From an uncultured Candidatus Saccharibacteria bacterium (GTDB taxonomy: Bacteria; Patescibacteriota; Dojkabacteria; J137; JAEUSD01): a stretch of 61,117 bases of DNA. The position numbers and the translations under genes were made by a program. Position 1 is the stretch's first letter. Each line of letters begins with the position of its first letter. The notes beneath the pieces are model-generated. The model worked only from the letters and a program-made list of their open reading frames with translations. It made no database searches and was not told the DNA's origin. The stretch lies in assembly GCA_964446595.1 (NCBI GenBank), contig CAYUPY010000001.1, forward strand, positions 4,450 to 65,566, in the 5' to 3' direction. This document shows, in pieces, positions 1-9,196 of this stretch.

Positions 1-1
1 A

Positions 2-496
2 AAGAACCAGTATGGTTTAGCTGCCGCCATTGGCGGCGTAGATGAGAGTTTGCTTGATCACACGGCCGCTTACAGCGGCCTCGCCAATGGCGGCAGCGTT
101 AAAAAACACGTCTCCGTCCTGCGCATTCTAAATAGCAATGGTGAACGCATTTATCAGGGCAAGAAAGGTGTTGAGCTTAAATCGCTGAATGTAGGGTCGG
201 TTGCAGCAGTAAATAACATCCTGGGAGACCGTAAGTTTACCGCCGGGACCTACTATCTGAAATTTATCGGTAACCACAAATTGGCAGGTAAAACTGGCAC
301 CAGCGACAATAACCGCGACACTTATTATATTGGTTACAACCCCAAACTAGTTGTAGGAGTATGGACAGGTAATAATGATAATTCACCAATGGTAGCTAAC
401 GCTTTTGGCAGCACCACCGCACTTCCTGTTTGGAATGGGATTATGAATGAAATTCTCTACTACAGGCCAGATTACCATGTGTGGGGAAGATATTGA
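2..496 (+). CDS. penicillin-binding protein, C-terminal part of the transpeptidase domain (5' end lies outside the window)
   Basis: Reading frame is open from the window edge, and the listed start at 50 is an internal TTG. KTG box (LAGKTGTSDNNRDTYYIGYNP) is typical of PBP transpeptidases. Confidence 0.7.
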   Translation, partial: KNQYGLAAAIGGVDESLLDHTAAYSGLANGGSVKKHVSVLRILNSNGERIYQGKKGVELKSLNVGSVAAVNNILGDRKFTAGTYYLKFIGNHKLAGKTGTSDNNRDTYYIGYNPKLVVGVWTGNNDNSPMVANAFGSTTALPVWNGIMNEILYYRPDYHVWGRY

Positions 497-514
497 TGCG
501 TTGACCTATTTATA

Positions 515-2650
515 TTAACCTTTCAACTCATCTAATAAATCACGCAGCTTGGCGGCTTCTTCAAATTCTAGTAAATCAGCCTGCATTTGCATTTGCAGTT
601 CAACCTCTTTAATGAACTGTTTTTGTTCTTTCTTACTCATCACTTTGAAGCTTTCTGCCTTTGCATAAATGTCGCGTTTTTTACGTTTATCTTTCTTGTC
701 CTTCGCGTCACTGTCCTCTTCTTTCATGAATTCCTGACTGATCTTTTTCTTAATGCTAGTGGGTGTAATGCCGTGCTCTTTATTGTAGGCATCTTGGATC
801 TCACGGCGACGACGGGTTTCATCAATTGCCTGCTGCATTGAGCCTGTTATTCGGCCTGCATACATTACTACGCGTCCATCTTGATGTCTGGCAGCTCTAC
901 CAACTGTTTGGATTAAGCTGGTCTCTGAGCGCAAGAAACCTTCTTTATCAGCATCAAGGATTGCCACCAGCTCAACCTCAGGCAAATCTAAACCTTCCCT
1001 TAGCAGATTAATCCCTACTACCACATCATGCTTACCTAATCGCAGGCTACGTAATATTTCTACCCGCTCAATGGCATCTATATCAGAATGGATATACTGC
1101 ACATTAATATCTTCACCTTGTAAGAAAGTAGTTAATTCCTCAGCCATGCGTTTGGTTAAAGTAGTAACCAATACGCGGTTACCTTTAGCTATTGTAGCCT
1201 GGATTTCTTTGATTAGATTTGGTACTTGCGTATCTTTCCACTCTTTTTCTTGGAGGATTGGCATATCATCATAACCTTTTTCTCTAACCTCACGCTGCAG
1301 GTTTTCAAATTCCTCAGGAAGGGAAGGACGCAGCTCAATAATTGGATCCAACAGTCCAGTAGGTCGGATAATTTGCTGTACCACACCGTCATAATCTGGA
1401 TAAGACTCCACAGGTCGTTTAGAAACCTCCTGTCTTGCTAAGTTAAGTTCATAATCTGCCGGAGTGGCACTAACATAGACGAGTTGGTTTACCCGGTCAT
1501 TAAACTCATGGAACTTAAGAGGCCTATTATCTAGGGCTGATCTTAACCTAAATCCATAATCTACTAGGTTCTGCTTACGGGACAGATCTCCATGAAACAT
1601 ACCCCGCACCTGCGGTACGGTAATATGAGATTCGTCAATAAACATTAGCCAATCGTCCGGAAAATAGTCGAGCAGGGTAGCTGGGGCTGTTCCGGGAGGG
1701 CGTCCATCAATATAGCGAGAATAATTCTCGATACCTTTAGCATAACCGGTTTCCTCAAGCATCTCCAAATCAAAATTTACGCGCTGGCGAAGCCGCATGG
1801 CTTCGATGTCGCGACCCTGTTTTTCAAATGCTGCAACTTCTAGTTCCATGTCGGTCCTAATTTGATCAAAGGCATTTTTGAGTCGCTCATAAGGAGCTAC
1901 GTATTGTTTTGCAGGGAAAATCATTATCCTTTCTGGCGATTGGATTACTTCTCCTGTAATCGTATTAATAATACTTATTTTTTCTACATCATCACCAAAG
2001 TATTCTATACGTACCGATTCCTCCTCTGCAGCCGTATTAATATCAATCACATCACCTCGCACCCTAAATTGACCAGTAAAAAAGTCAAATTCGCTTCTTT
2101 CGTACTGCATTTCTACTAGTTGGCGAATCAACTTGTTACGTTCATATGCCTCACCGACAACTATTTCCCGCGCCAGAGTTTGATAATCCTCTGGATTTCC
2201 AAGTCCATAAATACATGAAACTGAGGCAATCAAAATAACATCTTTACGCGTTAACAGTGATTGAGTGGCCGCATTACGATAACGTTCAATTGTTTCATTA
2301 ATGCCTGCGTCTTTCTCGATATACAAATCGCGACGAGGCACATATGCCTCTGGCTGATAATAGTCATAGTAGGAAATGAAGTATGCTACTGCGTTTTCTG
2401 GAAAGAATTCTTTAAATTCAGTAAACAGTTGTGCAGCTAAAGTCTTGTTATGCGCTAGGATCAGGGTAGGCTTTTGCACATTCTGGATGATGTTGGCCAT
2501 GCTGAACGTTTTACCTGTTCCAGTTGCACCCAATAATGTCTGATGTTTGAGGCCTTTCTCCACACCCGCACTTAAGCGATCAATTGCTTGTGGCTGATCA
2601 CCCGAGGGCTTAAACGGAGAATTTAGCTTAAACGGCTGTTCTAAATACAT
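515..2650 (-). CDS. uvrB: excinuclease ABC subunit B
   Basis: Walker A GATGTGKTF, helicase motifs (FIDESH, VSATP), and a C-terminal UVR coiled coil (EEAAKLRDLLDELK). Length of 711 aa is typical. Confidence 0.97.
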   Translation of the reverse strand: MYLEQPFKLNSPFKPSGDQPQAIDRLSAGVEKGLKHQTLLGATGTGKTFSMANIIQNVQKPTLILAHNKTLAAQLFTEFKEFFPENAVAYFISYYDYYQPEAYVPRRDLYIEKDAGINETIERYRNAATQSLLTRKDVILIASVSCIYGLGNPEDYQTLAREIVVGEAYERNKLIRQLVEMQYERSEFDFFTGQFRVRGDVIDINTAAEEESVRIEYFGDDVEKISIINTITGEVIQSPERIMIFPAKQYVAPYERLKNAFDQIRTDMELEVAAFEKQGRDIEAMRLRQRVNFDLEMLEETGYAKGIENYSRYIDGRPPGTAPATLLDYFPDDWLMFIDESHITVPQVRGMFHGDLSRKQNLVDYGFRLRSALDNRPLKFHEFNDRVNQLVYVSATPADYELNLARQEVSKRPVESYPDYDGVVQQIIRPTGLLDPIIELRPSLPEEFENLQREVREKGYDDMPILQEKEWKDTQVPNLIKEIQATIAKGNRVLVTTLTKRMAEELTTFLQGEDINVQYIHSDIDAIERVEILRSLRLGKHDVVVGINLLREGLDLPEVELVAILDADKEGFLRSETSLIQTVGRAARHQDGRVVMYAGRITGSMQQAIDETRRRREIQDAYNKEHGITPTSIKKKISQEFMKEEDSDAKDKKDKRKKRDIYAKAESFKVMSKKEQKQFIKEVELQMQMQADLLEFEEAAKLRDLLDELKG

Positions 2651-2653
2651 CAG

Positions 2654-2665
2654 AACATTATAGCA
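2654..2665 (-). promoter_or_regulatory. extended -10 promoter (TGCTATAAT) 6 nt upstream of the uvrB ATG; possible leaderless transcript
   Basis: Minus strand reads TGCTATAAT-GTTCTG-ATG. No SD sequence is present. Confidence 0.4.
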
Positions 2666-2669
2666 GAAC

Positions 2670-2695
2670 GATGGCGCCGCGAACGCGGCGCCATC
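2670..2695 (-). terminator. GC-rich perfect palindrome directly after the stop of ORF 2696..3448
   Basis: GATGGCGCCGCG-AA-CGCGGCGCCATC, with 12-nt arms. No U-tract follows. Confidence 0.4.
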
Positions 2696-3448
2696 CTACA
2701 TCCAAGAGTATGGTGAAGTATCAAAAACGCGTTTGATTACCAATAGATGTACCATTTCTACGATTTCACCAGAGGTTTTATCTTGAAATGCTGGTAAGGT
2801 TATTTTATATAATTGATCAAAAACGAGCAGCTCACAGCTACCTTCAATGCCTTGGGGGGTCATTTCTATGTGCACTAGCTCATTCAGCTTTTGTCTAAAC
2901 TTCAAGACACCTACAGACTTTAAAGCATTAATAAATGCTTTGCGAAAATTCCAATCATCTAGGACCTTTGTCATAATTATGTTGCGTAAAGCTTTAAATG
3001 CCTCCTCTTTAAATAAGTTACTGTGTAGAATAATTTGGGCACTGAAGTCTGTGGTAAATGACTTAGCGCCACCTGAGCCTAGTATATCTGAGAGTTGCAA
3101 CAAAAATGCTCCATCGCCTTCTAGCAGCTTACTAAAGAAACGCTGTTGTACGCCTTTATGCCCTTTTGCACTGTATGCCGGAATCAGAATGTCATTAAAT
3201 GCCAGGGCCGGCATCCACACATTTCCATATTCAACAGGCCCAATACAGTGGCGCCCATTACTAAGAGTAGTCACTAATGATGGCCATAATTCGTTACGAG
3301 CCGCATAGCTTAGAATCACGGGAATCAAGGAGTCTTTGTGCGTTAATTTATCTGATTCCAGTAATTCATTCAATAAGGTGACCAGCTCGCCATCGATACC
3401 ACCGCAATTAGTATTCGCGGCCTCAATGAGCCAATTACTCTGGACCAT
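2696..3448 (-). CDS. hypothetical protein (250 aa), no recognisable motif
   Basis: Long ORF co-directional with uvrB and nth. The antisense ORF 2847..3308 is judged a shadow ORF. Confidence 0.5.
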   Translation of the reverse strand: MVQSNWLIEAANTNCGGIDGELVTLLNELLESDKLTHKDSLIPVILSYAARNELWPSLVTTLSNGRHCIGPVEYGNVWMPALAFNDILIPAYSAKGHKGVQQRFFSKLLEGDGAFLLQLSDILGSGGAKSFTTDFSAQIILHSNLFKEEAFKALRNIIMTKVLDDWNFRKAFINALKSVGVLKFRQKLNELVHIEMTPQGIEGSCELLVFDQLYKITLPAFQDKTSGEIVEMVHLLVIKRVFDTSPYSWM

Positions 3449-3514
3449 TAATGTTAATTTGAATATTTTTAAGCATGAGCGATGATAGCAGAAATATTAC
3501 GAATATATCTCAAA

Positions 3515-5338
3515 CTAACCTTCGTTTTCCCAATAAATAGGAGAAAGATTAAATGCTGTATGGAAAATCTGCATCTCCATCTGACGTACCAGCTGCTGCC
3601 TGGCTTCATTTACCTCGGAATCACTGGCAGTAGAGGAAATGCTTACCTCACTTTTGAATTCAGATTGTTTATCAAAAATAAATAGTACGGATTTTGCCTC
3701 AATTAAATCGGGCTTCGTCCTCATAGTACTTACTATTTTCTTCCAACTTGAAAACTTGAGAATATCTATTTTACGGAGTAAGTTAGCAGTTTGTGCACGT
3801 GCTCTTGAATCGGAAGCTAGCCATGCAAAGCACTCCTGACGCAATCTTACAAAATCTTGCAATAAGAATAAACTCGAACAAGTGATTAGATCTACTGCCT
3901 TATCTTCGTTCCAGGGTTCAATACCTGAACCCAACGAATCTAAATCTACGGCTTGGCGCATGCCGGAAGCTACTGAACTTGCTAAGTAGACGAGTCCTTT
4001 TAGTCTTCTTGTACGAAAAGACTTACCAAATAGTGTATACGGAGGGGTCCAGTATCTCTGCTTTCCTTCTTTAATTACCTCCCTAATGGGTTGCCCATCT
4101 AAAAATTGCAGGATTATTCGTTGCTGAAATTCTTCGCCCTTACCAAATTTATTCAGTCGGATTGCTATCTGATTTAAAAAACAAGTTTCAAAATAATTAA
4201 AATCCTGAGTAAGTGCAACCTTATGTAAAAAGGAAAGTGCTAACTCCATCAGAGTTTCAGCTGGAATATTTCGCTCGGGGTTATCCCTAAAATCGCTCTG
4301 CAGGTATTTTAAAGCTTGGTAAAGGATCTGGTCATGATAACCATTATTTAGGAGAGCTATGATCTCAGTAGCTAGTTCTTCTTGATAATATTGCTGACCT
4401 TTTATTTTAGATTTTATTTCTCTCAATCTTATTGCTGCTAAGATATGCTGCAAATTATGTTCCTCTATAAGGGCTAAGCCATTCTGACGCAAATACTCCT
4501 GGGTTAGATTTAGGGCTGCCGTTGGGTTACGCCAAAAATTAGTAAATGCACTATAACTATTAAGCCCAAAAAACTTTCTACTAACTAGCCAGGGAAGCGA
4601 ACTATTAGTGTCACTATCATCTAAACGAATAGCATTCACATTTATCTGATAGACCAGCGGGGTTCCGTGCTGCTGGAGAGCAAGAGTGAGCAAATAGTTA
4701 GCTAAGGTATACTTTAAGGCCAACTGCTCGAGAGGCTGGTTAATTTGCCGCACATTATGCGCTCTGTCAAAAACTTGTTCCGATAATAAATAAGATAACC
4801 GCTGCATGGTAAGTCTTTGATTCTCTGCAATTGCTTTTCCAAGCTCTCCATCTGCATTTATACCGTAAGTGCCATCTAGACTCACATTAGCAACAACTCT
4901 TACTGGGACCAGGTCTATCTTTACATCATTCAGTGGCTGAATATCCTCTAGGTCAATACCATTCCCCTGCAGTAATGAGGAGCCGCCTGAAAAGGCGGCT
5001 CTGATGCGCAAACAGTTCATCCTTCTACCAAGATCTAGAGAGAGTTGGTGTCGGTCTTTGGGATCATAACCCGCAAGTCTGTACATCGGATAATCGCTTT
5101 TTAGGATTTCTGCAATCGTAGTCTCGGATGGGTTTGCCAGGGATTCAAATACTCCCAGAATCCCTGCTCCGTTATCTGATATAGATTGTGCAGGCAGGAA
5201 AAGTTCGACTACTAACCTACCTTCATTATCTACACTATAAAGAACTGCTTGCTCTCTGATCCTGGTACCAGCAGAATCATAGATAGCCAGGGGGAATTCT
5301 CCAGTACTTAAGTGTTCTGGTGTTTGAAATAACTCCAT
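3515..5338 (-). CDS. hypothetical protein (607 aa), no recognisable motif
   Basis: 1.8-kb uninterrupted ORF. No Walker, nuclease or TM signatures seen. Confidence 0.6.
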   Translation of the reverse strand: MELFQTPEHLSTGEFPLAIYDSAGTRIREQAVLYSVDNEGRLVVELFLPAQSISDNGAGILGVFESLANPSETTIAEILKSDYPMYRLAGYDPKDRHQLSLDLGRRMNCLRIRAAFSGGSSLLQGNGIDLEDIQPLNDVKIDLVPVRVVANVSLDGTYGINADGELGKAIAENQRLTMQRLSYLLSEQVFDRAHNVRQINQPLEQLALKYTLANYLLTLALQQHGTPLVYQINVNAIRLDDSDTNSSLPWLVSRKFFGLNSYSAFTNFWRNPTAALNLTQEYLRQNGLALIEEHNLQHILAAIRLREIKSKIKGQQYYQEELATEIIALLNNGYHDQILYQALKYLQSDFRDNPERNIPAETLMELALSFLHKVALTQDFNYFETCFLNQIAIRLNKFGKGEEFQQRIILQFLDGQPIREVIKEGKQRYWTPPYTLFGKSFRTRRLKGLVYLASSVASGMRQAVDLDSLGSGIEPWNEDKAVDLITCSSLFLLQDFVRLRQECFAWLASDSRARAQTANLLRKIDILKFSSWKKIVSTMRTKPDLIEAKSVLFIFDKQSEFKSEVSISSTASDSEVNEARQQLVRQMEMQIFHTAFNLSPIYWENEG

Positions 5339-5372
5339 AGCAACTCCAATGTAAATTTCATGTAAGTTTTTG

Positions 5373-6005
5373 TTATTTATACTTGTCTAGGAAGAATTCT
5401 TCCCAGACAGCACCTTTATATTGAGGCTTTCGTGCTGTTAGTAAGTTACGCCCCAATAGAATCAATCTTAAGCTGGTTGGCCCCCATTCATCTCTAGGAA
5501 ATAACCCTTCTAGATCCGTGGCAATTTTATCCGGATTAGTTTTATCCGTAAGCCCAAACCATGTAGCGAGCCTCTTTACATGAGTATCCACCGTAAATCC
5601 TTCATTCTTTCGATACCATTGCCATAGGACCACACTGGCTGTTTTCTTTGCCACTCCTGGAAGGGTAAGTAATTCTGACATGGTGTCCGGTACGCCGCCG
5701 CCATAATCTTTCATAATCTTGGCGGCGGCGGCTTGAATATTTTTCGCTTTATTATTATAGAAACCGCAAGATTTAATAATATTTTTTAACTCCTCTATGT
5801 CAGAATTGGCGTAATCAGCTATAGTTTTGTATCTTGCGAACAGGGCAGGGGTAATCTGATTCACGCGCGCGTCAGTACATTGCGCAGACAGTATTGTCGC
5901 AAATAACAGCTCATGCGCGCTAGAATGATGTAACGGTACTTCAATTTTTGGGAAAGCTTTCTTTAGTTCATACAAAACTCGATCAGCCTTTTCTTGTAAT
6001 TTCAT
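5373..6005 (-). CDS. nth: endonuclease III-family HhH-GPD DNA glycosylase lacking the C-terminal 4-Cys Fe-S loop
   Basis: HhH motif LPGVAKKTASVVL with the catalytic Lys, and VDTHVKRL with the catalytic Asp. The C-terminus (GRNLLTARKPQYKGAVWEEFF) contains no Cys. Confidence 0.88.
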   Translation of the reverse strand: MKLQEKADRVLYELKKAFPKIEVPLHHSSAHELLFATILSAQCTDARVNQITPALFARYKTIADYANSDIEELKNIIKSCGFYNNKAKNIQAAAAKIMKDYGGGVPDTMSELLTLPGVAKKTASVVLWQWYRKNEGFTVDTHVKRLATWFGLTDKTNPDKIATDLEGLFPRDEWGPTSLRLILLGRNLLTARKPQYKGAVWEEFFLDKYK

Positions 6006-6022
6006 TACCTATCTTATCAGCT

Positions 6023-6520
6023 TTAAGCCTCTTGTGCGTTTGCACGATCATTAAGAATATCAATGGCTAAATTATAATAATAAACAAAACTTTCATGCTC
6101 ATTACTATTTATCGCACTCCAGATGCATAGCAATGCATCCTGAAACTTAAACTCCTTTGCCGAAATACGAGATAAGGTTGTATTGCGAGACAGTGCGGCC
6201 CTGATAATAAAAAGGTAATAGATAGTGAGGGCCACTTCATACATCTGCTCATCATTTAGCATTTCTGCGTCTGATATTTTCACTGGCAGCGCTGCGATTA
6301 TCATTTTGGCAAATCTCTCCCATACTTCAAAGTGACCATGGCTTCCTTCAAAATTCGGCTTAATATCTCTTACCACTTCATACATCTTTTGCAGCTCTGT
6401 CCATGCTGTTCTAGCACTTTTGCTCGTAATTTCTGACTGGGGAATAGCTCTTTTGTTTATAATGTTATGCCCATCCAAATGAGCGACTACTTCAGGCAGT
6501 GTAATGTCAAATTGCAACAT
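6023..6520 (-). CDS. hypothetical protein (165 aa)
   Basis: ORF ends 17 nt upstream of the nth start and is co-directional with it. No motif recognised. Confidence 0.5.
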   Translation of the reverse strand: MLQFDITLPEVVAHLDGHNIINKRAIPQSEITSKSARTAWTELQKMYEVVRDIKPNFEGSHGHFEVWERFAKMIIAALPVKISDAEMLNDEQMYEVALTIYYLFIIRAALSRNTTLSRISAKEFKFQDALLCIWSAINSNEHESFVYYYNLAIDILNDRANAQEA

Positions 6521-6639
6521 ATTCGTTATATACTAAAATATACTTCTGGCAATTATAACGAAGTTTTGTAGAACCTATCACAAAAATTTCACAAACCAAG
6601 TTGAAAAACTTCACAAAAGCGGTAGATAAAGCTATTATC

Positions 6640-6805
6640 TTTACAAGAAACTCTAGACATGTCTGAAAGCTAGAGAAAGTCGATCTAGTAGGCCAAGTCT
6701 AGAAACCCTTACAAACAAAACTTATTCGAGAACCAAATAGGTTGGTACCTCGGGCAAAGCCCGGCCTTAGTTGATTTTATACGTCAACTATGGTCGGGCT
6801 TTTTT
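6640..6805 (+). promoter_or_regulatory. T-box leader (tRNA-sensing riboswitch) with intrinsic terminator, upstream of proS
   Basis: T-box 14-mer AGGUUGGUACCUCG at 6739-6752 matches the consensus AGGGUGGNACCGCG at 12 of 14 positions. The UGGU bulge complements ACCA. Stem I helix is 6652-6658 paired with 6697-6703, followed by AACCCUU (a Pro CCC/CCU triplet at 6706-6709). Terminator is 6756-6766 paired with 6792-6802, followed by a U-run. A possible promoter is TTGAAA at 6601 with a -10 near 6623. Confidence 0.65.
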
Positions 6806-6827
6806 AGTATTTATTAGTTGTAAACAA

Positions 6828-8534
6828 ATGAGACATTCACAATTATTTACAAAATCACAAAAACTGGCAAAAGAATACGAGTCAAAAAATGCCACTTTGT
6901 TAATTAAAGCCGGCTTTATAGATCAGGTAATGGCGGGTGTATATACTTACTTACCGCTAGGGCTGCGTGTGCTGCGTAAAATTGAAGACATAGTAAGAGC
7001 GGAAATGAATAAAGTCGCAAACGAAATGCTTTTTTCGGCCCTATCCCCTCGTGAGTTATGGGAAACCACGCAAAGATTAGACACCGTAGATGTTTTAATG
7101 AGGGTTACCCCTGCAAATGAGGCTTCTGAAAAACGTAATGCAGCAGACTTCATTTTAAACTCTACTCAAGAAGAGTTGGCAACACCGCTGGCACAGAAAT
7201 ACACACTTAGCTATAAGAGCTTGCCATTAGCTTTTTATCAAATACAGTCAAAATTTCGTAATGAACCTAGACCAAAATCCGGACTGATGCGCGGTCGTGA
7301 GTTTGTCATGAAGGACGGCTATAGCTTCCATACTAGTCAGGAAGATTTAATGGATTACTACGAAAAGATGAAAGATGTATATAAGAGGATATATGAAAGA
7401 CTAGGTATTGGTGAACAAACGGTAATTGCACTGGCTTCTGGTGGTGATTTTACCAAGGACTATTCTCACGAGTTTCAGACGCGTTCGGAAACAGGAGAGG
7501 ACACTATCTTTTACGATAGAAAAGAAGATGTTTACTACAACAAAGAAGTAACACCAAGCCAAGCTCCTGCAGTTAGTTACAGTGACACTGTAGAACTTGA
7601 AATGAAGGAGGTAAAAGGTGAAGGTATTATTGGGGTAGAAGAATTAGCAGAGTTCTTAAATATCGACGTTGAGCGTACAACTAAGACTTTACTATTTAAA
7701 GTAGATGAAAAAGAATTTGTGGCAGCTGCGGTAAGAGGTGGTTATGAAATTGATGAAGAAAAGTTAAAAAAGGTTTTGGACTGTAGTGTCTTAGTGATGG
7801 CTACCCCAGAGGAAGTTCTAGAAATTACCGGTACTATCCCAGGCTATGTAGGACTGTTAAATCTACCTGAGTCGGTTAGGGTGGTGGTTGATGAGTCGTG
7901 CAATAACCGCCTTAACTTTGAAATCGGGGCCAATAAAGAAAATTATCATTCAGTTAATGTTAATTGGGGAAGAGATTTGCAGAGACCAACTGAGTTCTTT
8001 GATATCAAAGTCGCTAAAGAGGGTGACTTAAACCCTAAAACCGGGGAAGTATATGAGGTATTTAAAGCCTCTGAGGTCGGAAATATTTTCCCTTTAAACG
8101 TGAAATTCTCACATGCTTTTGACTATAGCTACACTGATGAGAATGGTGAAAAACAAGATGTTTACATGGGTAGTTATGGCTTAGGGCCTAGCAGAGTCAT
8201 GGGTGTAATTGCGGAAATCCTAAATGATGAGAATGGATTGGTCTGGCCACGCAATATTGCCCCATTCCAAGTCTACCTAATCTCTATTGGTGCAGATACA
8301 GAAAGTCTTGAGGTGTATGAAAAACTGACAACTGCTGGTATAGAAGTGTTATTTGATGATCGTGATCTACGGCCAGGAGAAAAATTTGGAGATGCTGATT
8401 TGTATGGAATTCCTTACAGGGTTGTAATAAGCTCCAAAACATTAAAAGATAATAAGGCTGAGCTTAAACCACGGAACTCAGATAACGTTGAGATGATAGA
8501 CATTAACCAGTTGGAAAAGAGATTAAGAAGCTAG
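6828..8534 (+). CDS. proS: proline--tRNA ligase, bacterial type with INS editing domain
   Basis: Class II motifs (FRNEPRPKSGLMRGREF), a YbaK-like insertion, and a C-terminal anticodon-binding domain. The ATG at 6828 is preferred because the listed start at 6771 lies inside the leader terminator. Confidence 0.95.
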   Translation: MRHSQLFTKSQKLAKEYESKNATLLIKAGFIDQVMAGVYTYLPLGLRVLRKIEDIVRAEMNKVANEMLFSALSPRELWETTQRLDTVDVLMRVTPANEASEKRNAADFILNSTQEELATPLAQKYTLSYKSLPLAFYQIQSKFRNEPRPKSGLMRGREFVMKDGYSFHTSQEDLMDYYEKMKDVYKRIYERLGIGEQTVIALASGGDFTKDYSHEFQTRSETGEDTIFYDRKEDVYYNKEVTPSQAPAVSYSDTVELEMKEVKGEGIIGVEELAEFLNIDVERTTKTLLFKVDEKEFVAAAVRGGYEIDEEKLKKVLDCSVLVMATPEEVLEITGTIPGYVGLLNLPESVRVVVDESCNNRLNFEIGANKENYHSVNVNWGRDLQRPTEFFDIKVAKEGDLNPKTGEVYEVFKASEVGNIFPLNVKFSHAFDYSYTDENGEKQDVYMGSYGLGPSRVMGVIAEILNDENGLVWPRNIAPFQVYLISIGADTESLEVYEKLTTAGIEVLFDDRDLRPGEKFGDADLYGIPYRVVISSKTLKDNKAELKPRNSDNVEMIDINQLEKRLRS

Positions 8535-8548
8535 TCTGATTTTTATCG

Positions 8549-9193
8549 TCAGTTACCGTAAACATTTGTGTCTATGTAGTCCTGGATACGTTCATCGCCT
8601 GTCTCTAAAAAGATAACCTCATCCAGGTCTACGCTATATCCCTCTAAAAGCTGTGTGGCCTCAACTCTGGCACCGGGATTGCTATATTGGACCAAGTAGT
8701 TATATTGTTTATCTGGCTCTAATTTTTCTATGGTAAAAGTTGCCTCCCAAATTGGCAGGATTTCGTCGATGCTGCTCACTGTAGGATTAGGAGTATAGAT
8801 ATCACTTCTCCCTCTTTCACCTTCTTGTTCTCTAATGCCAGTAGGGTAAAATAAAACGCTGCCTGCCACCAATTCTTGATAGCTAATACCTATTTTATCC
8901 GCGTAGCTCCTTAAAGTAGCCTCTACTGCTACTGGATCATCTGTATCAAAGTAAAAGACCAACTTATTACCATCAATAGCAATTGAGGTACCAGGATCGT
9001 TAATTACTGCTAGATTTTCGGTGATGTATTCCTGGCCACCAGTTGCCTTCTCTAACACATTTTCTCTGGCTTGTTCTTGAGCAGAACGGCTTAGCAATGA
9101 AATCAAACCGACCATTACCAGCATGAAGACCATTAAAACTACTGCTACCAAAGTAAAGTTTAAGCTTTTTAGGAATGTGACAAGTTTCTTCAT
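8549..9193 (-). CDS. membrane-anchored hypothetical protein (214 aa), immediately downstream of the giant gene
   Basis: N-terminal TM segment (LVAVVLMVFMLVMVGLISLL). A 3-nt gap to the stop of 9197..15421 suggests co-transcription. Confidence 0.6.
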   Translation of the reverse strand: MKKLVTFLKSLNFTLVAVVLMVFMLVMVGLISLLSRSAQEQARENVLEKATGGQEYITENLAVINDPGTSIAIDGNKLVFYFDTDDPVAVEATLRSYADKIGISYQELVAGSVLFYPTGIREQEGERGRSDIYTPNPTVSSIDEILPIWEATFTIEKLEPDKQYNYLVQYSNPGARVEATQLLEGYSVDLDEVIFLETGDERIQDYIDTNVYGN

Positions 9194-9196
9194 AAT

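Noticed and set aside
6771-6827. Listed upstream start of the proS ORF (TTG at 6771)
   Set aside because: The extension (MILYVNYGRAFLVFISCKQ) is encoded by the leader terminator hairpin and U-run. The ATG at 6828 gives a normal ProRS N-terminus.
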